The notes beneath the pieces are model-generated. The model made no database searches, was not told where the DNA came from, and saw nothing but the letters and a program-made list of their open reading frames with translations. From a bacterium (GTDB lineage: Bacteria; UBA8248): 64,000 bases of DNA. Made by a program: the position numbers and the translations under genes. The stretch spans positions 3,488,001-3,552,000 of the forward strand of contig OZ242260.1 of the NCBI GenBank assembly GCA_965207065.1, written 5' to 3'. The number at the start of each line of letters is the position of its first letter. Positions within the stretch are counted from its first letter, which is position 1. Below are positions 9,618-19,431 of the stretch, piece by piece.

Positions 9618-9877
9618 ATTCCCTCCTTTTTGTGCTGCGGAATGTTGTGCCTGTTACAGCGAAAACGATTCCATCATCAGTTGATGACTGAAAAAAACGA
9701 TTTCACCACTCTTGCCAACGGCGGAACTTCTCGAAAAGCAATCTTTCATTACGGCTGTGAATCCATGAATATTACCACGAAGCAACACGCTTCTCAATAA
9801 TACGATTTTCGCCCATGGGCGGGAAATTGGAGGAAATTGCATTATTCGCGCCGTATGAAGCGGAAAATGGACAGCCA

Positions 9878-10321
9878 TCAGATTTCTTCGATATCTTCTC
9901 TCGACTCGAAATCCCGGACGGCGCGGCGGATGTAGGGAGGCACGCGGACGGGCTTCTGCGTTTCCTTGTCGATGATCACATAGGCCGTCTGCGACCTGGC
10001 GACGAAGCGTTCCGACTCGGCCTCGTAGATCTCGTAATCCATCCTGATGCTCGAGTTCCCGATCTCGTAAATGCGCGCGTAGACTTCCAGCACCTCGTCG
10101 AAATGCGCAGGCGCCAGAAACTGGAGCGAGGCATCGACGATGACGATGTCGTACCCCCGCTCGAGCATGTCGAAATACGGAACGCCGATGGTGCGCAGGT
10201 AATCCATCTGCGCGGTGTCGACGTAGAGGAGGTAGTTGGCGTTGAACACCACGCCCTGGAGGTCCGTCTCGCCGAAGCGCACGCGCATTTCACTCTTGTA
10301 GTTGTACTGGTCTTTCGGCAT
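9878..10321 (-). CDS. YbgC/FadM-family acyl-CoA thioesterase
   Basis: RVRFGETDLQGVVFNANYL hotdog motif. Confidence 0.9.
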   Translation of the reverse strand: MPKDQYNYKSEMRVRFGETDLQGVVFNANYLLYVDTAQMDYLRTIGVPYFDMLERGYDIVIVDASLQFLAPAHFDEVLEVYARIYEIGNSSIRMDYEIYEAESERFVARSQTAYVIIDKETQKPVRVPPYIRRAVRDFESREDIEEI

Positions 10322-10461
10322 AGGGCATTTCTAATGAAAAAAACTGATATTCGCAAACCCGCGCTTGCCAATTGATGCCGCCCTCGGCTTGTTCCCTGAT
10401 TGGCGTCGGTTATAATGGCGTCCGTGATGGCGAGCCCAGCTTCAAGCATTCGGAGTCGTTG

Positions 10462-11730
10462 ATGATCAGCGTGGAAGACGCACAGAATTCGATACTGGAG
10501 ATGATTCACCCGATGGGACGCGAGCGGGTGGGCCTGCTCGATTGCCCGGGCAGGGTGCTGGCCGAGGACGTGCAATCCCCGCGTCCCGTCCCGCCATGGA
10601 ACAACTCGGCGATGGACGGCTACGCCCTTCGCACGGAAGACGTCCGCGGCGCGAGCCGGGAGACGCCCAAAACGCTGAAAGTGATCGAGGAGATTCAGGC
10701 GGGCGTCATGGCGAGCCGCACGCTGGGTCCTGGCGAGGCCATCAAGATCATGACGGGCGCGCCCATTCCAGATGGCGCGGACGCCGTCGTGCTGGTCGAG
10801 GAGACGGAGAGAACCTCCGAGGAGGATGTCCAGATATTCCTCGCCGTGCGCGAGGGAGAAGCCATCCGTCTCGCGGGTGAAGACGTGAAGCCGGGCGAAA
10901 CCGTTCTCTCACACGGCATCCGCCTGGGTGCGGCTTCCGCAGGCATGCTGGCGAACATCGGCCGGGCGAGGGTGTACGTCTATCAAAAACCGAAGGTGGC
11001 CATCCTCGCGACCGGAGAGGAACTGGTTGACCTGGGCGACGCCCCCGGCGTCGGGCAGATTTTCAACTCTAATTCCTACGCCCTGGCCGCACAGGTGCAG
11101 GAAGCCGGCGGAGAGCCGATTCTCCTGGGCATCGCCCGCGACAACGCCGAAGACCTGACCCGCCACATCAACGACGGGCTGGCCGCCGATTTGCTCATCA
11201 CGAGTGGCGGAGTGTCGGTGGGTGATTTCGACCTGGTGAAGTCCACGCTGGGCGGGCTGGGGAACGATATGCGCTTCTGGCGCGTGCGCATGAAGCCGGG
11301 CAAACCGATGGCGTTCGGCGTCCTGAACGGCAAGCCCGTGTTCGGCCTGCCGGGGAATCCCGTCTCCACGATGGTGAGTTTCGAGTTGTTCGTGCGGCCA
11401 TCGCTCCTGAAGATGCAGGGCCATGAAAATCTCTTCCGCACGACCGTGGAGGCGCGCCTCCTGCACCCGCTCACGAAATCCCCCGAGCGGCGCCACTACG
11501 TCCGCGCAATCGTCCACCGCGACGGGGACGAATGGACCGTCCAGGCCATAGAGGCCCAAGGCTCCAACATCCTGCATTCCATGGTGCGGGCGAACGCCCT
11601 GGTCGTGTTCCCCGAATACGAGACCGAACTCGCCGCCGGGAGCCGCGTAAAAGTCATCCTGCTGGGGGAGACGCCCTCGGAAAAACCCGAGCACATCGAG
11701 GCGGCTACCCCGGAACGGGTGCACTCCTGA
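10462..11730 (+). CDS. moeA: Molybdopterin molybdotransferase MoeA
   Basis: SAMDGYA, IMTGAPIP, TSGGVSVGDFD, MKPGKP, GLPGNPVS. Start placed at ATG 10462. Confidence 0.95.
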   Translation: MISVEDAQNSILEMIHPMGRERVGLLDCPGRVLAEDVQSPRPVPPWNNSAMDGYALRTEDVRGASRETPKTLKVIEEIQAGVMASRTLGPGEAIKIMTGAPIPDGADAVVLVEETERTSEEDVQIFLAVREGEAIRLAGEDVKPGETVLSHGIRLGAASAGMLANIGRARVYVYQKPKVAILATGEELVDLGDAPGVGQIFNSNSYALAAQVQEAGGEPILLGIARDNAEDLTRHINDGLAADLLITSGGVSVGDFDLVKSTLGGLGNDMRFWRVRMKPGKPMAFGVLNGKPVFGLPGNPVSTMVSFELFVRPSLLKMQGHENLFRTTVEARLLHPLTKSPERRHYVRAIVHRDGDEWTVQAIEAQGSNILHSMVRANALVVFPEYETELAAGSRVKVILLGETPSEKPEHIEAATPERVHS

Positions 11731-11773
11731 ACAATCAGCTTCCTGACTATCGCTTCTTCCCGGGGCATTACGC

Positions 11774-12397
11774 GTGAGCAACGAAGCAGCGACCAAGCTG
11801 CCGTATTCCGCCGCCATCCTGGCGGGCGGCAGAAGCCGCCGCATGGGCCGGGACAAATCCATGATGGAGATAGGCGGAGCTCCAATTATCAGGCGCATCG
11901 CGGACACTCTAGGCGATATTTTTCCTGAAATCCTCATTATCGCGAACGAAAAAGAACAGTATGAGCGGATGGGTCTCGACGTGGTCGGAGATATCCATCC
12001 CGGCAATGACTCGCTGGGCGGCCTGCATACGGCCGTTGCGAAAGCGCAAGGCCCGCACGTTTTCGTGGCGGGATGCGACATGCCGCTGCTCAGGCCCGAA
12101 CTCATTAACGGCCTCGCCTCGATGGTGGAGGACTGGGACGTGGTGATACCCATCAAGGACGATTACCCCGAGCCGCTTTGCGCTTTCTACGGAAAACAAT
12201 GCGAGCTTCCCGTCTTAGAGTCCATTTCGGCTGGGCGTCTCAAGATGATAGGGTTTCACGAACACGTGCGCGTGAGGCGGGTGGAAGAGGCGGCCTGGAG
12301 GGCTTGGGATCCCGAGGGAGCGTCTTTTCTGAACGCGAACACACCGGAAGAATTCGAAAAAATAAAAACCATCTCGATGAGGGGAGAGCCGAAATGA
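11774..12397 (+). CDS. mobA: Molybdenum cofactor guanylyltransferase MobA
   Basis: ILAGGRSRRMGRDK, CDMP, NANTPEE. Confidence 0.93.
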   Translation: MSNEAATKLPYSAAILAGGRSRRMGRDKSMMEIGGAPIIRRIADTLGDIFPEILIIANEKEQYERMGLDVVGDIHPGNDSLGGLHTAVAKAQGPHVFVAGCDMPLLRPELINGLASMVEDWDVVIPIKDDYPEPLCAFYGKQCELPVLESISAGRLKMIGFHEHVRVRRVEEAAWRAWDPEGASFLNANTPEEFEKIKTISMRGEPK

Positions 12398-12852
12398 GCA
12401 TCGCCGAGCGAATGAGTGAACTGGGAATCGAATTGCCCGATGCGCCCGCACCCGTCGGGGCGTACGTGCCATACGTCATATCCGGATCCCTGATGTTCAT
12501 ATCGGGCCAGATTCCCATCAGGGACGGCGCGATGATTTATGAGGGGAAAGTGCCGCTCGACGTCTCCATCGAGCAGGGGCAGGAATGCGCCGCGCTCTGT
12601 TTTCTGAACGCCATCGCTCAGGCGAAAGCGGCCCTGGGCGATCTGGAGCGCGTGGAGAGAATCGTGCGGATGACGGGCTACGTTGCCGTTGCGGCCGATT
12701 TCACGGCTCAACCGCTCGTCGTGAACGGGGCGTCCAATCTGGCCGCCGAGATTTTCGGGGACAAGGGCTTGCACGCCAGAGTAGCGGTGGGCGTGGCGGA
12801 GTTGCCATTAGGAGCGCCGGTTGAGCTCGAAGCGATACTCGAGGTGAAGTGA
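12394..12852 (+). CDS. RidA/YjgF-family protein
   Basis: PVGAYVP, ISGQIP, NGAS, HARVAVGV-x-LPLGAPVE. ATGA overlap with mobA. Confidence 0.9.
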   Translation: MSIAERMSELGIELPDAPAPVGAYVPYVISGSLMFISGQIPIRDGAMIYEGKVPLDVSIEQGQECAALCFLNAIAQAKAALGDLERVERIVRMTGYVAVAADFTAQPLVVNGASNLAAEIFGDKGLHARVAVGVAELPLGAPVELEAILEVK

Positions 12853-12895
12853 GCCGTAAAGCGATGGATGGGACGAATATTTCGCCGACAGTGGG

Positions 12896-13329
12896 AGAGT
12901 TGTTGAAAAAGCCCTTACGGATCGCGCCAAACCATTCTCCCCTTGCAGAGCCCCCCAACAACCACTCCCCCCTTGAGGGGGAGTCGAGGAGGCCGAGCGG
13001 TTTATGCGAAGGCCGATTCGGTGGGGGGTGAATCGCGTTTTATCGCCACTCCGAGTTATACCCCCCATCGAATCGCTTTCGGGCTTACGCCCTCAGCTCT
13101 TCGACTCCCCCTCAAGGGGGGAGTGAAATTCACAGCGCTCCTTTGGTGAGGTTTTTCAACAGCCCCAGAGGGGGGGGGGAATTGTTGAAAAAGTTCTGAT
13201 TTCGTGATTTGGCACATGGAGGTGACAGGGGAGAGGGCGGGCACGGAGGCTTTTCCTTACACCCCTTGCGGCTTTCGCCGGAATGACGGCAGTGGTCAAT
13301 TCCGAACGAGGATAGGTTTTCCAACAGCT
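12896..13329. mobile_element. Two adjacent MITE-like units bounded by (G)TTGTTGAAAAA...TTTTTCAACAGC inverted termini
   Basis: Unit 1 (12896-13166) contains CTCCCCCTTGAGGGGGAG and CTCCCCCTCAAGGGGGGAG inverted palindromes. Unit 2 (13178-13329) contains a CGCCGGAATGAC module. Confidence 0.65.
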
Positions 13330-13432
13330 AAAACCGAGAAGCAAATATCTACTCACGCTTACAAAGACCGGGCTTCTCTGTATAATCTTGCAGGATAACA
13401 AGTCGCCTGCGAAACAAAATGGTGGGGATTCA

Positions 13433-14854
13433 ATGAATAATCGCTTCATCCTGTCGATGCTGTTGATGTTGCTCATGGGTACCGCCGCGCCTGCGCAGGC
13501 GAGCCTTGGCATCGACTATATGCGAAAGATCGAGGGGGCGTTCACGCAGATCGCGGAAAGCGTGAAGCCGACGGTGGTAAGCATACGAGCGGAGAGAAAA
13601 AAGGGAACAATCCAGCAGACGCCCCGGTCGCCCCATCCAAACATGCCGCTGTTCTCCTCCGGGTCAGGCGTCATCATCGACCCGGCCGGATATATTCTCA
13701 CGAACAACCACGTGGTCAGTAATACGCGGAGACTGCGCGTGCGCCTTTGGGATGAGTCCGCCCATTGGGCGAAAGTCGTCGGCACGGATCGCTATACCGA
13801 TCTCGCGCTGATCAAAATCAACCCGCACCGCAAGCTGCCGGTGGCGAAGTTCGGGGATTCCGACAAGGTGAAAGTGGGCCAGTGGTCGATAGCCGTGGGT
13901 GATCCTTTCGGCATTACGAGAACGTTCACGGTAGGCGTCGTGAGCGGGATGGGGCGCAGCGGCGTCGGCGTCGCGCGGTATGAGCATTTCATCCAGACGG
14001 ACGCCGCCATCAACCGGGGCAACAGCGGCGGGCCCCTTGTGAATATCGACGGGCAGGTCATCGGCATCAACACGGCGATTCCGGCTCCCGGCAGTGGGCT
14101 CGGGTTCGCCATTCCCGTCAACATGGCGAAAGACGTCATCAAATACCTGAGGAGAAGCGGAAATTTCCCGCGCGGTTATCTAGGCGTGAGCATTCAGCCG
14201 GTGAGTCAGGACATGGCCTACCTGCTGGGGCTCTCCGGAGCGAAAGGCGCGCTCGTGGGTTCTCTGCTGAAAGACGGCCCGGCGGAGGGAGCGGGCATCC
14301 GCATGGGCGACGTGATCGTCCGCCTCGGCGGAACGCGCGTCGTGGATACGGCACATCTCCAGCGTCTCGTGGGCTGGACGCCGCCGGGAGATGCCGTGGC
14401 GGTGGAAGTCGTGCGAAACGCCCAGAGAAAAAAATTCATGGTCAAGCTGGTCCGTCTGCCAGAGCAGGAAACGGCCAACGCAAAGGCGCAGCCGAGCGAA
14501 ATCGATGAACCCGAGACCAGGAAGAATTACGGCGTGGCACTTGAGAACCTGACCGACGAGTTGAAGGAGAAAGGCAAGCTGGAGACGGACGGCGGCGTAT
14601 ACATCAGCGACGTGGAAGAGGGCAGCAGGGCCTATTACGACGGCTTGCGCGAGGGCATGGTGATACGCGGACTGACCTATCGTCTGCCCGGAAACGGGAA
14701 AACGCCCATCCGCGTCTCGATAGAAAAACTCGAAGACGTCGAAGCATTGCTGAAAAAAATTCCCGCGGGCGCGAACGTCCTGGGACAGGTCGTGCGCGGG
14801 ACAGACCGCGGGGAGCGGACTTTCTTTGCCGTCCTCCACGGATTTCGACGCTAG
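13433..14854 (+). CDS. DegP/DegQ (HtrA) periplasmic serine protease with two PDZ domains
   Basis: Signal peptide, TNNHVV, DLALIK, QTDAAINRGNSGGPL, PDZ RGYLGV. Confidence 0.93.
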   Translation: MNNRFILSMLLMLLMGTAAPAQASLGIDYMRKIEGAFTQIAESVKPTVVSIRAERKKGTIQQTPRSPHPNMPLFSSGSGVIIDPAGYILTNNHVVSNTRRLRVRLWDESAHWAKVVGTDRYTDLALIKINPHRKLPVAKFGDSDKVKVGQWSIAVGDPFGITRTFTVGVVSGMGRSGVGVARYEHFIQTDAAINRGNSGGPLVNIDGQVIGINTAIPAPGSGLGFAIPVNMAKDVIKYLRRSGNFPRGYLGVSIQPVSQDMAYLLGLSGAKGALVGSLLKDGPAEGAGIRMGDVIVRLGGTRVVDTAHLQRLVGWTPPGDAVAVEVVRNAQRKKFMVKLVRLPEQETANAKAQPSEIDEPETRKNYGVALENLTDELKEKGKLETDGGVYISDVEEGSRAYYDGLREGMVIRGLTYRLPGNGKTPIRVSIEKLEDVEALLKKIPAGANVLGQVVRGTDRGERTFFAVLHGFRR

Positions 14855-14891
14855 CCCCAACGGGTTCTGGCCGCCAGAGGAGAGCGCTTTC

Positions 14892-15974
14892 ATGCCTCAG
14901 ATGAGAAGCATTCTTGTCGCCTTACTGGTCCTTGCCTTTCCGGTTCTCTCGGGCGCGAGCCCTGAAACCGAGATTCGCACACTGCTGCCGAAAGACGGCA
15001 TACCCGCCATCGATGCGCCGGAATACGCGAGCGTGAAAGACGCCAAGAGGTTCATGCAGCCGGACGAGATGGTGATCGGCATCAACATCAAGGGGGAGAA
15101 GCGGGCCTATTCCGTCCCCCTGCTCAGCTCGCACGAGATCGTGAACGACGTGGTGGGCGGGAGCGCCGTCTCCGTCACCTGGTGACCGCTCTGCTATTCG
15201 GCCATCGTGTATGACCGGAACATGGACGGGGAAAAACTCAGCTTCGGCGTTTCGGGAAAACTCTGGAAGAACGTGCTCATCATGTACGACCGCCAGACGG
15301 ATACGCTCTGGAGCCATCTGACGGGAGAGGGCCTCATCGGCCCGCTCAAGGGCAAGCGCCTGAAGACGTTCCCCGCCGCCATGATGCGCTATTCCGAATG
15401 GACGCAGCTCTATCCTGATACCCTGGTGCTGAAGAAGAAGTTGAAGGGCATGGGGGGCATGTTCCGCAGCTCCTCCCGGGACCCGTATGAGGGGTATTAC
15501 TACAGTTCGCAGACGGGCGTGATCCCCGAGAAATACCGCGACAATCGCCTGCACCCGAAAACCCTGCTGGTGGCCCTTGCGCTCGATTCCCCGAAAGAGA
15601 AAGGGGAGCAAGTATCCAAGGTGTATCCCTTCGCGGATTTGAACCGCGCGGGCGTCGTGAACGACCGCTTCGCCGGCCGGGACGTTCTGGTCACCTACTG
15701 CGAGGGGGCGGGTACGGGGGTCGTTTTCGACCGCGTCCTGAAGGGCAAGACGCTGGAGTTCGAACTCATTGCGAGCGAGGGCGCCAAAGGCGCCGCCGCC
15801 TGCCGGTTCATGAAGGACAAGAAGACCGGTTCGCGCTGGCAGCGCCTGACAGGCATGGCCGTCGATGGGCCGATGAAGGGCGCCAAGTTGAACCAGCTAT
15901 CCACGACGCTCGCGTTCTGGTTCGGCTGGAAGGATTATTATCCAAAGAGCGAGATATACCGCCACCCGAAATAA
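14892..15974 (+). CDS. DUF3179-family exported protein, probable selenoprotein (in-frame TGA at 15183-15185 = Sec, U-P-L-C)
   Basis: Two listed ORFs share a frame and are separated by a single TGA. Read-through gives KDGIPAID...HEIVND...VTW-U-PLCYSAIVYDR...FGVSGKL...MYDRQTDTLWS, the DUF3179 pattern, whose usual motif is CPLC. Confidence 0.85.
15197..15220 (+). promoter_or_regulatory. Candidate bacterial SECIS hairpin
   Basis: TTCGGCCAT-CGTGT-ATGACCGGAA starts 11 nt after the UGA, with a G near the 5' side of the apical loop. The stem is imperfect. Confidence 0.5.
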
Positions 15975-16074
15975 CCGGATGGATTTGAGAACACCGAGCA
16001 GGAGTCAAGCTGCGCCTTTTACGTCAAAAGAACGGGAACGCCGCCCGCCGCCACATGGTTAAGGAATCAGAGAT

Positions 16075-16851
16075 TTGAGCCCCGTCATATTCGAAATCGG
16101 ACCGTTCGCGCTGCGCTGGTATGGACTCATGTACGTCACCGCCGTGCTGGCCGGCGTCTGGCTGGTGAGGCGAGAAGTAGCGCGCAAGGGGATGCCCATT
16201 ACGCCCGATGAGGTGATGAACTTCGGGCTCCTCGTCATGTTCGCAGGCATCCTGGGCGGCAGAATTTATTATGTTCTCTTCAATTGGGAATTCTACCAGG
16301 GCGCAATGTGGGAGGTCTTCGCCATCTGGAAAGGGGGCCTCGCCATACACGGCGGGCTCATCGGTGGGGCGCTGGCGGGCTATCTGTATCTCAAGAACCA
16401 CGCCGTTTCCACCTGGGAGTTCGCCGACGCGGTGGCGCCCGCCATCATGCTCGGCCAGGTGTTCGGGCGGTTCGGCAACTTCATGAACGGCGACGCGCAC
16501 GGCGTGCCGACGACGATGCCCTGGGGCGTGGAGTTTCCGATGACCTCCATCGCGGGCCGGGAATTCCCCGGTCAGGCGACGCACCCCGTGATGATATACG
16601 AGCTTCTCCTGAACCTCGTCTGGTTCTTCATCCTGAGAAGATTGAGGCTTACGAACCACAAGCCGGGCTTCATCTTCTGCCTCTACTTCGTCCTCTACTC
16701 CTTCGGACGCGCCGCTGTGAGCGGCTTCCGCGCGGACAGCCTGTGGTTCGGCCCAATGCGCGCCGCATATCTCGCAAGCGCCGTGCTCATCGTCGTTTTC
16801 GGCGCGGTTATCGTGCGGTGGCGGATGTGGGAGAGGGAGGGGAGCGAGTAA
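16075..16851 (+). CDS. lgt: Prolipoprotein diacylglyceryl transferase
   Basis: LRWYGLMY, GGRIYYV, GGLAIHGG, GRFGNFMNGD, HPVMIYE. Confidence 0.95.
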   Translation: MSPVIFEIGPFALRWYGLMYVTAVLAGVWLVRREVARKGMPITPDEVMNFGLLVMFAGILGGRIYYVLFNWEFYQGAMWEVFAIWKGGLAIHGGLIGGALAGYLYLKNHAVSTWEFADAVAPAIMLGQVFGRFGNFMNGDAHGVPTTMPWGVEFPMTSIAGREFPGQATHPVMIYELLLNLVWFFILRRLRLTNHKPGFIFCLYFVLYSFGRAAVSGFRADSLWFGPMRAAYLASAVLIVVFGAVIVRWRMWEREGSE

Positions 16852-16895
16852 GGTAATACGGTATCTCCGTGGTTCTCCTTTCAGGATAATATTCA

Positions 16896-17378
16896 ATGAC
16901 CCAGATGGCTCATGACATTCATTGTATGGCGTTAAGGCAACTTAAAACCGCCCTTTACCTATACTTTGAACGAGAGGATTACTATTCCGTTATCACGTTG
17001 GCGGGTGCTTCGGAGGAGGTGTTCGGAAAGCTCCTGAAGGAAGATAATCCCGAAAACGCTTTGGATGCCATTAAAAAAGGTGGGGCGGCGATACACGAGG
17101 CGCTTTTTGAAGAAGACATCCCTGAAAAGGAGATTAGCGACAGGGCAAACTGGGCACGGAATTTACTCAAGCATTGGAGTCCGGGTCAGCCTAAAGTTTT
17201 CGAGTTCGATGCACCGGAGGAAGCCAAGGATATGCTGAATCGCGCCATCGACAACTACTATGATCTGACAGGAAATCTCACGCCTGCGATGCAGCAGTTT
17301 CAAGATATGCACGTTCAAGATAACCCACAGATTCGTCCATGTTCTGCAAGCGATGAGGAATCTTCCGCAACACAATAA
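16896..17378 (+). CDS. Hypothetical protein, HEPN-like (R-x4-H)
   Basis: Lower GC than neighbours, helical pattern, ITLAGASEE and RNLLKH. Confidence 0.6.
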   Translation: MTQMAHDIHCMALRQLKTALYLYFEREDYYSVITLAGASEEVFGKLLKEDNPENALDAIKKGGAAIHEALFEEDIPEKEISDRANWARNLLKHWSPGQPKVFEFDAPEEAKDMLNRAIDNYYDLTGNLTPAMQQFQDMHVQDNPQIRPCSASDEESSATQ

Positions 17379-17460
17379 TTGAACGAGTTTTGGTTCATTT
17401 TCGCTGACAGAATTACACGTTTTTCACTAGAATCTTGCCCTCACAGTGAGCGAAGATCCC

Positions 17461-17710
17461 CTGGATTCCGGCATTCGCCGGAATGACGACGATGCAGAAC
17501 TCAATTGTAGGGACAGGTCGCGACCTGTCCCTACGGGTTCGTTATATTGCCGGGATGTTCACAGGGGCGTCGCCTTTCCCCAAGGTTGACCCTGCGCGGT
17601 CAGGCGAAAGGCTTCGGACAGGCACAGGGACCTGTCCCTACGATTCCCGCAATCCTCCCTTACGGAAAATTTTCACGTTTCGGGCGGGCACAGAGGCCCG
17701 CTCCAACGCA
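17461..17710. repeat. REP-like palindrome cluster
   Basis: GGATTCCGGCATTCGCCGGAATGAC, GTAGGGACAGGTCGCGACCTGTCCCTAC, GGACAGGCACAGGGACCTGTCCCTAC, GGGCGGGCACAGAGGCCCGCTCC. Confidence 0.75.
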
Positions 17711-17833
17711 AAGCGGCAATCCATTTCAAGGAAAATTTTCACCCGGTGCCGGGAGATTTATGGAGCGCTCTCGGGTAGAATCGCGCCATTCAACTTTCGA
17801 CCAATCACTCGATTTAAAGTGGAGAGCAAAGAC

Positions 17834-18550
17834 ATGGGAATTCGCATCGTGGATCTGTCGCAGGAGATTTATGACGGGATGCCCGTTTATCCGGGCCACC
17901 AGCGGACGGGGGTTTTCCCGAACAAAACGCACGCCGAGACGGCCAAGGCGTATGCGAATTCGCCATCGGGCCATACCTCGACGACGAACTGCCTCGTGAT
18001 GAGCGACCACGGCCCCACACACGTGGACGCCTTTTACCACATCGACAAGGACGGGGAGACGATCGACCAGTTGGGCCTCGAGTGGTTCTACAACGAGGCG
18101 ATCTGCCTTGACCTCTCCAAATTCTGCAACACCGAGGACTGGATGGAGCCGGCGGACCTGGAAGATGCGTGCGAGAAGGCGGGACTGGAAGTGCCGGATA
18201 AGGGAAGCGTCCTCATCTGGACGGGCCACTACGAGGCGAATTACGGCGGCGATTTTCATACCTGGCTGCACGTCTACCCCGGGCTGAGCGAGGCCGCGAC
18301 GATATGGCTGGCGGACAGGGGCTGCATTAACGTCGGCATCGATTCGCCGAGCGTGGATTCCTCCCAGGCCTTCCGCGACAAGGGCTACTGGGCGCACAAG
18401 GCTTGCCGGGAGCGCAAGGTGCTGAACGTGGAGAACCTAGCGAATTTGAAGGAAGTGGTGAACACGAAGTTCTTCTTCTCGTGCCTGCCGCTCAACATAC
18501 GAGGCGGAACGGGCTCTCCCGTGCGCGCCGTGGCGATTTACCACGAGTAG
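17834..18550 (+). CDS. Cyclase-family (kynurenine formamidase-like) metal-dependent hydrolase
   Basis: IVDLSQEI-x-MPVYPG, HGPTHVDA, VGIDSPSVD, VENLANL, GSPVRAVA. Start at ATG 17834 after GGAG. Confidence 0.88.
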   Translation: MGIRIVDLSQEIYDGMPVYPGHQRTGVFPNKTHAETAKAYANSPSGHTSTTNCLVMSDHGPTHVDAFYHIDKDGETIDQLGLEWFYNEAICLDLSKFCNTEDWMEPADLEDACEKAGLEVPDKGSVLIWTGHYEANYGGDFHTWLHVYPGLSEAATIWLADRGCINVGIDSPSVDSSQAFRDKGYWAHKACRERKVLNVENLANLKEVVNTKFFFSCLPLNIRGGTGSPVRAVAIYHE

Positions 18551-18579
18551 GGGAGGTACAACGAGCAAGGGCAAGTAGT

Positions 18580-18674
18580 AATGACAACCCTTCCGGGTTG
18601 TCACTGCCCCCGTGGTTGTCCGAACCCTGGGTTGTCCCAATTCGTAAGGACAGGTACAGGGGCCTGTCCCTACG
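18580..18674. repeat. REP-like palindromes
   Basis: TGACAACCCTTCCGGGTTGTCA and GTAAGGACAGGTACAGGGGCCTGTCCCTAC. Confidence 0.65.
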
Positions 18675-19431
18675 TTCGAATCGAATTCCAAGCTTTTGGG
18701 CGGCTATCCCTGTCAAGATCGCTCTGGAGCCGCAACCCCGTACGGCCTCTGCCGCGCATTTCCCCGCATTTTCGAGGATTCTTTGCTGCGGCCCCGCGCT
18801 ATCCTCCAGAAAACCCCTCCAAGAAAGCAGGTGGAGGGGGCAGGGTGGTCGGAGCTGGCGAATCCGCGCAGTCTTCATGAGGAACAAGTGATGGGAAAGG
18901 CGATTTCAGGCGTTGATTTCATCAATACGAAACGGGCGAATTTCTCGCGCTATCCGTACGCCGGCAACGCGGATATGGCGGCAAAGCTCTCAGGCCCCCT
19001 CGCTGAAGCGACAACGGCAATCGCTCCTTCACCAGTCGCGATTGAACTGAAAAATAAGATAAATTCAGATAAATATCGATAAATTCCCGAAAATGTTTAT
19101 GGATCAACAAATTGTGTATACACCATATTATTAGAACAATATCACGATATCTTAAAGTAACACATTAGATAATTATCGAAATTTATCGAATTAAAAAAGT
19201 TTTAGGCGACCACGCAATTGCCCGCATTTGAGCGCACCGAAGTCCTCGCCTCACACGCATCCATCCGGCTGCCCGGCGGGTGGCTCTCCTCCAGAACCAA
19301 GGCGCCGCCTCCCGATTGCACGCTCCGCTTCGAGGGGATACTATCCGGTGCACATCATAGCGGCTCGATACGGATCCAGGGCTCCGGGGCTACCCTTGCC
19401 TGGCGGCGCGGCACATCAACAGGGGATGTAT

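Noticed and set aside
17483-17833. N-terminal extension of the cyclase ORF (likewise 12178-12393, 19228-19431, 50671-50766)
   Set aside because: These extensions run through REP repeats, an upstream gene, spacer or a tRNA. The internal starts have better RBS and family-typical N-termini.
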